Positions 1-7,224 of a stretch of DNA of 64,000 nucleotides are shown here, in pieces. This stretch comes from an uncultured Candidatus Saccharibacteria bacterium (lineage in GTDB: Bacteria > Patescibacteriota > Saccharimonadia > Saccharimonadales > UBA10212). The notes beneath the pieces were generated by a model. The model had not been told where the DNA came from. It searched no databases and saw nothing but the letters and a program-made list of their open reading frames with translations. Every line of letters begins with the position of its first letter. Positions within the stretch are counted from its first letter, which is position 1. The position numbers and the translations under genes are program-made. The stretch is from positions 152,911 to 216,910 of the forward strand of contig CAZMNA010000001.1 of NCBI GenBank assembly GCA_964567555.1, in the 5' to 3' direction.

Positions 1-654
1 TTTTGGCAGACCTCCCAAGAAGTTGAGGAAGAAGTATTGCAGGGCAGAACCTCTATTGCTTCTCGCCGTGGCGGCGACCCAAAAGAAATCAAAAAAATGC
101 GTATAGATATCTGGAGCGGCATGTTTTTGTCTAACGTCGTGATGTTCTTCATCATCGCCGCCTGTGGCGCTATTTTGTTCCCGGCCGGCATTACGCATAT
201 AAAAACTGCGGCTGACGCCGCCCAAGCGCTTAGGCCGTTCGCTGGTAACGCCACCTATTGGCTGTTTGCGGCCGGTATCATCGGTACGGGACTGCTGGCC
301 ATCCCGGTGCTGGCCGGCTCCTCCAGCTACGCCATCAGTGAAGGCTTGAAATGGAAAGAAGGCTTATACCGCAATCTGCGTCAGGCTCACGCTTTTTACG
401 GCACCATAATCATTGCCATGCTGGTTGGGCTGTCTATGAACTTTATCGGCCTAGACCCAATCAAAGCTTTGATTTATTCGGCTGTGGCTAATGGCATCGT
501 AGCCCCTCTGGTTTTGGCGCCGATTGTTATCCTCAGCAGCAACAAAAAGGTCATGGGTGACTTTGTAAACAAAAAACCGGTGACCTGGATGGGCTGGGCT
601 GTGACTGGCTTAATGAGCGTTGCCGGCCTGGCGGCAATTTACTCGCTTTTTTAG
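1..654 (+). CDS. mntH: NRAMP-family divalent metal (Mn2+/Fe2+) transporter, C-terminal part; 5' end lies outside the window
   Basis: Frame is open from nt 1. Multi-TM sequence with an NRAMP-like stretch FAGNATYWLFAAGIIGTGLLAIPVLAGSSSYAISE. Stop at 652-654. Confidence 0.75.
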   Translation, partial: FWQTSQEVEEEVLQGRTSIASRRGGDPKEIKKMRIDIWSGMFLSNVVMFFIIAACGAILFPAGITHIKTAADAAQALRPFAGNATYWLFAAGIIGTGLLAIPVLAGSSSYAISEGLKWKEGLYRNLRQAHAFYGTIIIAMLVGLSMNFIGLDPIKALIYSAVANGIVAPLVLAPIVILSSNKKVMGDFVNKKPVTWMGWAVTGLMSVAGLAAIYSLF

Positions 655-658
655 CCAT

Positions 659-2428
659 ATGGAAGCCAGCAATATTTTTTACGGTTTGAGCATAGTTCTA
701 GCCATTGGTACCATCATGGCGCTTTTAATGCGGGCTCTGCGCCAGCCGCTTATGATTGGCCATATTTTGACCGGTATTTTGGTAGGCCCAGCCGTCTTTC
801 ACATCTTAAAATCGCCGGAAGCTTTAAGCGTGTTCGGCGATATGGGGATTGCACTGCTGCTTTTCATCATCGGCCTTGGCATGAACCCCAAGGTTGTGGT
901 GGAGGTTGGCCGGGCGTCATCGCTAGTGGCTGGAGCCGAGGTGGTCTTTACCACCATAATTGGCTGGCTAGTGGCAATAGCGCTGGGCGTGCATAAAACC
1001 CCGGCTTTCTTTATTGGCTTGGGGCTGGCCATCAACTCCACGATTGTGGCCTTAAAACTGCTAAGCGATAAAAAAGAGCTAGGCCGGCTTTACGGCAAGT
1101 TGACGATTGGTACATCGTTGATGGAAGACGTGTTGGCAGCGGTAGTACTGATTTTTGTGGCCTCAGCTCATAACGGAGTTTGGTTTAGCGGCGGCACTTT
1201 GGTTGGCCTAATCTTTAAGGGCGCGGTTTTGGGAGTGGCTATGTACTTGGCCAGCACCAAACTTTTCCCGCGCCTGCAAAAAACCATTGCTGGTGACCAA
1301 GAATTTTTATATTTGTTTGCCATCGCCTGGGGACTAGGCAGCGCAGCAGTTTTTGCGCGCGCCGGCTTTTCACTTGAAATAGGTGCACTGGCAGCTGGCG
1401 TGGCGCTAGCTTCAACCACCTACGCTCAGGAAGTAGCGGCGCGGTTACGGCCCCTACGTGATTTTTTTGTGATTGTCTTTTTCATTGCACTTGGCACAGA
1501 GCTTAGTTTCCACGGCATCGGCGCTTCTATCTGGATGATACTTGCCGGCACGGTTATTGCTGTAGCTATCAAGCCACTTATAGTCATGGCAAGCCTAGGT
1601 ATTTTAGGCTATACCAAGCGCACCAGTTTCAAAACGGCTTTAACGCTCAGCCAAGTCAGCGAGTTCTCTATCATCCTTGCGATTTTGGCCGTCCAGCGCG
1701 GGTTGATTACCCAAAGCACGGTAACCACCCTTACCTTCATAGCTTTGATTAGCATCGCCGCTTCTACCTACTTAGTTGTCTTTTCTGACAAGCTTTACGG
1801 GTTGGTCGAAAAGTACCTTGGCCTATTTGAACAAAGGAAAACATACGGTGAGCCGCCGGTTGAGGGTAATTACGAGCTGGTGCTGTTTGGCTACCAGCGC
1901 GGCGGCCACGAGTTTGTAAACTTGTTTAATCGTCTCAAGAAAAAATACGTGGTGATTGATTACGACCCGGAGGTGGTGGACGTTATGGAGCACCGCAAAA
2001 TTAACTTTCTGTATGGTGACGCAAACGATGTGGAGCTTTTAGAAGAAGCTGGCGTAGACCACGCACGGTTGATTGTTTCTACCATTCCGGATTTTGATAT
2101 TAATAAATTTTTGCTCGGTTACGTTGAACAAAAAAACCCTCGGGCAGTTATAATTTTGCACGCCGATGACCCAACCGAAGCTGCCCGGTTTTATGAGGCC
2201 GGCGCCACTTACGTCATATTGCCCCACTACATTGGCTCTGAACAAGTCAGTGCTTTTTTGTCTAAGGAAGGTCTTTCCAAGCAGGCCTTTGCCAAACAGC
2301 GCACCAAGCATTTGGAATATTTAGAAAGGCACTACGGCGCGCTGGAAAAATTGTCCGAGATGCACAAGAAAAAGCTCGGCCACACCATTGTCCATGGCGT
2401 AGCTTCACTGGCTAAAGTCAAAGCTTAG
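659..2428 (+). CDS. cation:proton antiporter (CPA2/Kef-like membrane domain) with a C-terminal TrkA-N/RCK nucleotide-binding domain
   Basis: About 390 aa of TM helices followed by a Rossmann-like segment (ELVLFGYQRGGHEFV...VVIDYDPEVV). I prefer the ATG at 659 (MEASNIFYG) over the upstream 620 start, which overlaps the previous gene. Confidence 0.8.
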   Translation: MEASNIFYGLSIVLAIGTIMALLMRALRQPLMIGHILTGILVGPAVFHILKSPEALSVFGDMGIALLLFIIGLGMNPKVVVEVGRASSLVAGAEVVFTTIIGWLVAIALGVHKTPAFFIGLGLAINSTIVALKLLSDKKELGRLYGKLTIGTSLMEDVLAAVVLIFVASAHNGVWFSGGTLVGLIFKGAVLGVAMYLASTKLFPRLQKTIAGDQEFLYLFAIAWGLGSAAVFARAGFSLEIGALAAGVALASTTYAQEVAARLRPLRDFFVIVFFIALGTELSFHGIGASIWMILAGTVIAVAIKPLIVMASLGILGYTKRTSFKTALTLSQVSEFSIILAILAVQRGLITQSTVTTLTFIALISIAASTYLVVFSDKLYGLVEKYLGLFEQRKTYGEPPVEGNYELVLFGYQRGGHEFVNLFNRLKKKYVVIDYDPEVVDVMEHRKINFLYGDANDVELLEEAGVDHARLIVSTIPDFDINKFLLGYVEQKNPRAVIILHADDPTEAARFYEAGATYVILPHYIGSEQVSAFLSKEGLSKQAFAKQRTKHLEYLERHYGALEKLSEMHKKKLGHTIVHGVASLAKVKA

Positions 2429-2952
2429 GTTACAGGGTTTTTTGCTAAAGCCTTGTGCGAATATTTCAAAACCAAAGCGTAGATGCCAAATAGGCTAGCC
2501 GTGTAGAGCGCGTCGCTTAGTGCCGTGTTTCTAAAGAACGGCAAAGCCATTTCATAGCACTGGGCAAGGCCGGCCCAAGTGTGGGCGTACATTTGGCCCC
2601 AAACCCAAACGGCAAAGTTGGTAACGGTAAAGAAAAATAGTGAAGAACCAAGTGTCAGTGCTGCTCCCCGCACAAATTTAGGCCTTCGCATAACGTAGGT
2701 GCTGGCAAGTGCAATCAGTGCGTAGCAGCCCCACGTTACCAAAATCAAATTGTGCAGGCCAATGACCAAATCACTAGCCATCATGGCCGCAACTGGAACC
2801 CAAATAGCAAAGCGGCGCGGCAAGACTGTCCCGCCAAAAATAGCCACCGCGGCCACCGGCACAAAGTTGGCCGGGTGCGGCAGAAGCCTCAAGCCCGCTG
2901 CCAGCAAAATCAGACAAACAGCAATTAGAATATTTTGGGTGCCTGTTTTCAT
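2425..2952 (-). CDS. small polytopic membrane protein (DUF6580-like), putative substrate-capture or transport component for a corrinoid
   Basis: About 5-6 TM helices. The ATG at 2952 overlaps the upstream gene's stop (ATGA), indicating translational coupling. It is the second gene behind a cobalamin riboswitch. Confidence 0.6.
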   Translation of the reverse strand: MKTGTQNILIAVCLILLAAGLRLLPHPANFVPVAAVAIFGGTVLPRRFAIWVPVAAMMASDLVIGLHNLILVTWGCYALIALASTYVMRRPKFVRGAALTLGSSLFFFTVTNFAVWVWGQMYAHTWAGLAQCYEMALPFFRNTALSDALYTASLFGIYALVLKYSHKALAKNPVT

Positions 2953-3329
2953 TGCAGCTTCCAACTTAGGTTATCACCATTTTTTGTCACGTAGCTACCC
3001 GCTCCCACTTGAGCTTCTTTGCCGTTAACATAGAAGGTCCAGTACTTGGGGCCGTTGCCGGGCGTGCCCTTAATGGATGTTACAAGATCACCAAAGCTGT
3101 AGTGTTTAACACCAACGGTGGCGTGTTTTTTTAGTAGAGCCAGCGCCGTCTGGCCTTGGACTCCGCGGTAACTAATGTAAGTTGTTTGGTTCTGGGCGTT
3201 TTTGGTTACGCCCACCTTGTGGCTAGGTGAATTAGCAATCACAGCGCCGGTTATACCGCCGCCTATCGCCAAAACCGCTGCTACAGCGATAATTACTTTT
3301 TTAATGGGGTTTTGAACTGTTCGGCTCAT
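2949..3329 (-). CDS. DUF4430-domain secreted or membrane-anchored protein (transcobalamin-like fold family), putative corrinoid-binding protein
   Basis: N-terminal TM/signal anchor. C-terminal motif YWTFYVNGKEAQVGAGSYVTKNGDNLSWKL is typical of DUF4430. Strong SD (AAGGAGGA) upstream, under a B12 riboswitch. Confidence 0.7.
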   Translation of the reverse strand: MSRTVQNPIKKVIIAVAAVLAIGGGITGAVIANSPSHKVGVTKNAQNQTTYISYRGVQGQTALALLKKHATVGVKHYSFGDLVTSIKGTPGNGPKYWTFYVNGKEAQVGAGSYVTKNGDNLSWKLQ

Positions 3330-3334
3330 TAAGA

Positions 3335-3497
3335 AAATCCTCCTTGCCTTCGCGAGAGTTCCGGCAAGGAGGATGAAATTTACTTTTCACCTTCAACTCT
3401 GCACGGAGCTTAACGAAAGCTTTGCTGTATCGGACTTTGCGCGATAGCGCTCACCGTTGCGGCACAGTGCCGGATTTACACCGGCTTCCAGCAAAAT
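3335..3497 (-). promoter_or_regulatory. cobalamin riboswitch: short aptamer plus an SD-sequestering expression platform
   Basis: Minus strand reads TTTGCTGGAAGCCGGTGTAAATCCGGCACTGTGCCGCAACGGTGAGCG...GCAAAGTCCGATACAGCAAA. This contains the conserved GGTG-AAATCC core, a CCGCAACGGTGA segment and a B12-box-like AGTCCGATAC, with closing helix TTTGCTG/CAGCAAA. Downstream hairpin TCCTCCTTGCC...GGCAAGGAGGA buries the SD of the 3329 gene. Confidence 0.75.
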
Positions 3498-3639
3498 TAT
3501 TTGTTAACTTCCTTAATATAGCACGGTGCGCAATAAGATTTTGTCGTGGTTTTTGCATTAGTTAGCCCTCTGGTTTGATATAATCTTATCTGTTATTCCC
3601 CCTTGGTTTTGAGGGAGTAGTAATAGTCTTGCTGCCTCA

Positions 3640-3710
3640 GGAAGAGCAGCCCGAGCAAAAATCACATTTTTTGCCCGGCTTTGGTGAGAAACCCGCACGG
3701 GGTGTCTCAT
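3640..3710. repeat. copy A of a conserved two-hairpin intergenic element (copy B at 60164-60235)
   Basis: GGAAGAGCAGCCCGAGCAAAAATCACATTTTTTGCCCGG...TGAGAAACCCGCACGGGGTGTCTCAT aligns with 60164-60235. Differences are concentrated in loops and the linker, plus one compensatory pair change. Confidence 0.6.
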
Positions 3711-3727
3711 AAAGCCTAAGGCGCTAA

Positions 3728-3802
3728 TCCGGAGTAGCTCAATGGTAGAGCGCCTCGCTGTTAACGAGGATGTTGCCGGTTCGAGTCCGGCCTCCGGAGC
3801 CA
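3728..3802 (+). tRNA. tRNA-Asn (anticodon GTT), CCA encoded
   Basis: Cloverleaf read by hand: acceptor TCCGGAG/CTCCGGA, D arm GCTC-AATGGTA-GAGC, anticodon arm CCTCG-CTGTTAA-CGAGG, T arm GCCGG-TTCGAGT-CCGGC, then G-CCA. Confidence 0.95.
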
Positions 3803-3810
3803 TATAAAAT

Positions 3811-3836
3811 CACTCGCCATTTGGCGGGTGTTTTTA
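3811..3836 (+). terminator. intrinsic terminator after tRNA-Asn
   Basis: Hairpin CACTCGCC-ATTT-GGCGGGTG followed by TTTTT. Confidence 0.7.
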
Positions 3837-3937
3837 TATTGTTCGCAGTCTGCGAATCGGACCGGAGGTTCGGCGGAGCGAAGCCGCGCGCAAGAATTTA
3901 TTCTGAGCACGGCTGAGCGGAGAAGGCTTTAGCCGCT

Positions 3938-3955
3938 GTCCGGCCTCCGGAGCCA
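3938..3955 (+). repeat. exact 18-nt direct repeat of the tRNA-Asn 3' end (GTCCGGCCTCCGGAGCCA; first copy 3785-3802)
   Basis: Identical 18-mer 153 nt downstream of its copy inside the tRNA. This is the pattern expected of an att-site duplication at a tRNA gene. Confidence 0.85.
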
Positions 3956-3972
3956 AGCCAGAAAAGACCAAG

Positions 3973-4002
3973 TCAGAACTGTGAAAATGGTTCTGATTTT
4001 TT
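3973..4002 (+). terminator. intrinsic terminator about 18 nt downstream of the tRNA-end repeat
   Basis: TCAGAAC-(10 nt loop)-GTTCTGA followed by TTTTTT. Confidence 0.65.
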
Positions 4003-4058
4003 GTATACCCAAGCCAGAATTGAAACCATAGCTTAGTGCCTTGCTATACTTCAAAGAG

Positions 4059-4691
4059 ATGAAAGCTCTCTTTATCCACCGTTCAGTTGGGCATAATCTT
4101 ATCGCTGAAGGCAGGCTCCGTGAGCTATTACAAGCAAGTCACGTAGAACTAGACGACTACGATATTAACAATGGTACCTTAACAACTTCAGACAACTCTG
4201 TTATAGCAAATTGGATTACAATTCCTGGCAATAATACCAACCCCGATAATCTCGCGGAGTACTTCACAAACTGGGACAAACATTTGGACGATTACGATTT
4301 AGTCCTCATAAAATCTTGTTACCCAAATAGCCACGTTAAAGACGAAGCTCAGCTTGCAGCAATACAGCGAGCTTACCAGGCAATCTTTGAGGCCTTTCGG
4401 TCTCAGAAAAAACGGCTTGCACTACTTACCTCACCACCGCTACGACCTCTCTTTACAAATAAGAGAGAGTCAGAGCTTGCAAAGAAACTCAATGAGTGGC
4501 TCTTAAGCAGGGTAAACCAGCGCGTCCATATCCTTGACTTTCATAGGCTGCTAGCTGAACCAAAAGGTCGGCATGAGGGTATGCTCCGTCGAGATTATCG
4601 CCGACTACTACCCTTCGACAACCATCCAAATAAAAAGGCCAACAAAGAACTTGCTCCATTAGTAGCTAAGTTCATTAGCGCAAACCAGTAA
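4059..4691 (+). CDS. hypothetical protein (no family recognised with confidence)
   Basis: Long ORF. I prefer the ATG at 4059 (MKALFIHRS) because a TATACT -10 box (4045-4050) lies inside the TTG-4041 extension. Confidence 0.5.
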   Translation: MKALFIHRSVGHNLIAEGRLRELLQASHVELDDYDINNGTLTTSDNSVIANWITIPGNNTNPDNLAEYFTNWDKHLDDYDLVLIKSCYPNSHVKDEAQLAAIQRAYQAIFEAFRSQKKRLALLTSPPLRPLFTNKRESELAKKLNEWLLSRVNQRVHILDFHRLLAEPKGRHEGMLRRDYRRLLPFDNHPNKKANKELAPLVAKFISANQ

Positions 4692-4707
4692 ATCCTGCTT
4701 TATGACG

Positions 4708-4736
4708 GTTATAACGTCCTCTATCGTGGTGAGCCA
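4708..4736 (+). repeat. cassette-boundary motif, copy 0 (GTTATAACGTCCTCTATCGTGGTGAGCCA)
   Basis: Starts 16 nt after the stop of the 4059-4691 gene. Its 3' end and flank GAGCCAAGC are identical to the flank of the 3938-3955 tRNA-end repeat. Confidence 0.55.
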
Positions 4737-4782
4737 AGCAAAAGCACTTTACGGTAGATTTACATGACCTATAATTACTGTT

Positions 4783-5034
4783 ATGAGACTTTTAGGTAGA
4801 GAAGTTAGCGATTCATTTTTAGAGTATTCCGGACCATTAACAGCTGAAGATGTCCTCGTAACACATGATTATGGATTAACGTATGATGAACTATGCGAAA
4901 GAATATTAGATATGAGTAACGGAGCTCATAACGTAGAGATGCCATTAGGAACTGCTCAGTGGTCCACTGGTCAACTTGGCGAACACGCAACAAGACTTTT
5001 AGCTGACGCTATACGAAAACGAAGGCAAAGTTAA
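4783..5034 (+). CDS. hypothetical small protein (83 aa)
   Basis: ORF with TATAAT (4770-4775) 7 nt before the ATG. No recognisable domain. Confidence 0.45.
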   Translation: MRLLGREVSDSFLEYSGPLTAEDVLVTHDYGLTYDELCERILDMSNGAHNVEMPLGTAQWSTGQLGEHATRLLADAIRKRRQS

Positions 5035-5049
5035 ATTCCCCAATTCAAA

Positions 5050-5079
5050 GTTCCTAAGTACGCCCACTAGCGGGAGTCA
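5050..5079 (+). repeat. cassette-boundary motif, copy 1 (GTTCCTAAGTACGCCCACTAGCGGGAGTCA)
   Basis: Starts 15 nt after the stop at 5034. Aligns with the copies at 5600, 6168 and 7181. Confidence 0.6.
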
Positions 5080-5114
5080 TTGTTCTTATGCTTAAACCAT
5101 TGTAAGCTCATTTT

Positions 5115-5585
5115 ATGGACGCCATAAGCACCATCATCGGTCTGCCTTTATTCCTTGCCTTCCTTTTCTACTTGTCGCGAGCGATTGGCTATGGATCAGC
5201 ACAAGCCTCGCGGGAAAAGCGATACGTTCTTACGACCAGTTTCGCCATTGCGCTTTTGATCTTTGTCATTTGCGGAGCAGCTATAGGCAAAAAATCTTAC
5301 GGAGCAAACAGCGAGATCCCGCTTGCGCTTCTGCCACTAGTTTTTCTTATCCCAGCCTCCTTAATAATATTTGGTTTGGCACAAGTCTTCTATGCAGATG
5401 CTGCCTCGGCGTTGTTTGAGCGCCGCCGTGAGATGGGCGGGATTAGCAGGTGGATAATACCCTCCGTCCCCAAACGCGAGTCCTTTATTTTGCGGGGGTG
5501 GATAGTTGCTGGAACTGGTACCTTCATCTTTGTAATACTCTTGTTCGGGATATACATTGATTCGTCTAACGGTTATTTACACTAG
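5115..5585 (+). CDS. hypothetical integral membrane protein (156 aa, about 4 TM)
   Basis: Hydrophobic segments throughout. TGTAAGCT (extended -10-like) lies 6 nt before the ATG. Confidence 0.5.
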   Translation: MDAISTIIGLPLFLAFLFYLSRAIGYGSAQASREKRYVLTTSFAIALLIFVICGAAIGKKSYGANSEIPLALLPLVFLIPASLIIFGLAQVFYADAASALFERRREMGGISRWIIPSVPKRESFILRGWIVAGTGTFIFVILLFGIYIDSSNGYLH

Positions 5586-5599
5586 CAGACATTGAAATA

Positions 5600-5628
5600 G
5601 TTCTAACTCACACCACTACGGAAAACCA
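5600..5628 (+). repeat. cassette-boundary motif, copy 2 (GTTCTAACTCACACCACTACGGAAAACCA)
   Basis: Starts 14 nt after the stop at 5585. Confidence 0.6.
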
Positions 5629-5665
5629 TATTGTTTATGTTGAGGTAGGAAAGCCCAATTCTATA

Positions 5666-6067
5666 CTATTCACTATTATTTGTGTTCAGATGTACCAGCT
5701 TAACAATGCCCCATGCCACTACGAGGTAGACTATCATTGCTACGAGGGTGGCTGGTTCAAATACTCCCTTTGTAACATCCCCATTGGTGGTAGTGGTACT
5801 AAATATAGCCCTGAACGGAGCACTAAAAAAGCCACTAACACTATAAACAAAACTCACGAAGCCACTAGACGGGTTTGCTCCGAGCAACTTGAGTATAAGC
5901 CGAAATATCAGGAAAACTTCTATCACGCCCAGTAGAAAATAAATACCGTTGCTGAGCGTTAAGCGTGTTTCGGCTGATGACGCGGTGGAAGTTTTCTGAC
6001 GGACTACCTGTTTGTTCCCAACATCAGCTACTTCAGTTTCTTGTACTTTTTCTTGCATCTCCGCCAT
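5666..6067 (-). CDS. YggT-like small membrane protein
   Basis: C-terminal half (IYFLLGVIEVFLIFRLILKLLGANPSSGFVSFVYSVSGFFSAPFRAIF) resembles the YggT repeat. It has its own TATAAT and an AAGGAG SD upstream on the minus strand (6070-6100). Confidence 0.5.
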   Translation of the reverse strand: MAEMQEKVQETEVADVGNKQVVRQKTSTASSAETRLTLSNGIYFLLGVIEVFLIFRLILKLLGANPSSGFVSFVYSVSGFFSAPFRAIFSTTTTNGDVTKGVFEPATLVAMIVYLVVAWGIVKLVHLNTNNSE

Positions 6068-6167
6068 GGCATTTCTCCTTAATCTTTATTCAATTATACT
6101 CTTTTTGTTATCAGAACTTCTGCCTTTTACCTAATTGTTCGGCGCATTAATTTGATTATCGCAAATT

Positions 6168-6195
6168 GTTCTAACTTCCATCACTACGGGAGTCA
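6168..6195 (+). repeat. cassette-boundary motif, copy 3 (GTTCTAACTTCCATCACTACGGGAGTCA)
   Basis: Same + orientation although the enclosed gene is on the minus strand. Followed by a +-strand hairpin ATAAGCA...TGCTTAT and a T-run (6199-6230). Confidence 0.6.
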
Positions 6196-6304
6196 GACAT
6201 AAGCATTTTGTAAGAGGTGCTTATTTTTTATCGGCAGTTTGTCATTTTGCTCGTGCTTGCGCTTAGTCAGAAACACAATTACGATTTATTAAAAGGATAC
6301 GTTA

Positions 6305-7132
6305 ATGAGCGGGATGGAACAATTTCCAGCTAAATTAGCTGAAGGTAAAACAAAGATTATTTGGGATCTACCTGGTACTGGTGAGGTAAGGATTGAAAGC
6401 AAGGATGACATCACTGCTGGCGACGGTGAAAGGCGTGATGTTATTGAGGGAAAGGCTGCATTGGCAACCCAAACTACCAGTAATTGCTTTAGGCTGCTTG
6501 AGCGAGCTGGTATACCGACGCACTTTATAGCTCAGGAGGGCGACAGAACATTTCGTGCTAAGAAAGTCGATATGCTACCTATTGAGTTAGTAGCACGAAG
6601 GATGGCATTTGGTTCTTACTTGAAGAGAAATCCCAACACTGAATCTCGTACTCGATTTAATGATGTGAGGTTTGAGAAGTTTTCTAAAGATGACCCAAAC
6701 CACGACCCAATCCTTGATTATGATTTTGTAAACGGCGTAGTCTATCGATTTGATGCACGTTTCCCCATTAGCCCAGATACGCTAATAGACACAGTAGCAA
6801 TAAGCGATTCGCCTTTTGCTATAAGCGAAGAGCAGCTTGAAGAACTCGCAAGGTTAACAACAGATACTTTTGAAGTTCTTGAGGCAGCATGGACAGACCA
6901 GGATGTCACACTCGTGGATATAAAGATTGAATGAGGAGTAACTGTTGATGGGCAAATAGTAGTTGCCGATGTAATTGATAACGACTCGTGGCGTATATGG
7001 CCAGGCGGTGACCCTGACCAGATGGTTGATAAACAACTATACCGAGATGGACAGCCACTAGATTATGTGGCTGACCGATACGCTTGGGTTGCTGAAGCAA
7101 CAAATCAGTTTAACCCTCCCGATATGGGTTGA
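6305..7132 (+). pseudogene. purC: SAICAR synthetase (purC) interrupted by one in-frame TGA at 6932-6934
   Basis: N-terminal ORF (KTKIIWDLPG...ITAGDG...) ends ...LVDIKIE-TGA. The same frame continues [26 protein letters not shown]...DKQLYRD to a stop at 7130-7132, which is the conserved continuation (E-F-G...[10 protein letters not shown]) of PurC. Confidence 0.75.
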
Positions 7133-7180
7133 GCCTGTTCTAATTCCCAGCTCATTTTCATCACCGATTCGTAGCACTTA

Positions 7181-7209
7181 GTTCTAAGTATGCCCGCTAG
7201 AGGGAGCCA
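7181..7209 (+). repeat. cassette-boundary motif, copy 4 (GTTCTAAGTATGCCCGCTAGAGGGAGCCA), preceded by a partial copy starting GTTCTAA at 7137
   Basis: Lies between the purC stop (7132) and the convergent racemase gene's stop (7225). Confidence 0.6.
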
Positions 7210-7224
7210 CTGAATTTTCATCTG

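Noticed and set aside
3503-3590. 35-codon ORF (MQKPRQNLIAHRAIL...) upstream of and overlapping the cobalamin aptamer
   Set aside because: It runs through the riboswitch core and has no SD. It is most likely a chance ORF in a regulatory RNA.
3558-3803. 81-aa ORF on the minus strand (MAPEAGLEPATSSLTARR...)
   Set aside because: It is the antisense translation of tRNA-Asn and of the structured repeat upstream. Peptides of the GLEPAT type are a classic tRNA-antisense artefact.
4041-4058. TTG start at 4041 for the 216-aa ORF
   Set aside because: A TATACT -10 box at 4045-4050 lies inside this extension, and an ATG follows 8 nt later (4059). The shorter form is preferred.
6932-6934. Idea that the genome uses an alternative genetic code with TGA as a sense codon (code 4 or 25)
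   Set aside because: TGA clearly terminates well-supported genes here: the DUF4430 gene at 2949-2951, the 37206-37730 gene, and the 122-aa ORF at 8212. I saw no other conserved gene in the window interrupted by TGA. The purC TGA is therefore treated as a local nonsense or read-through event.
4708-7209. Classical integron (attC sites / gene cassettes with intI)
   Set aside because: The repeats are only about 30 nt. They lack a convincing RYYYAAC...GTTRRRY pair and the extended imperfect palindrome of attC, and no integrase or attI is present. The cassette-like layout is reported as a finding, but not as an integron.
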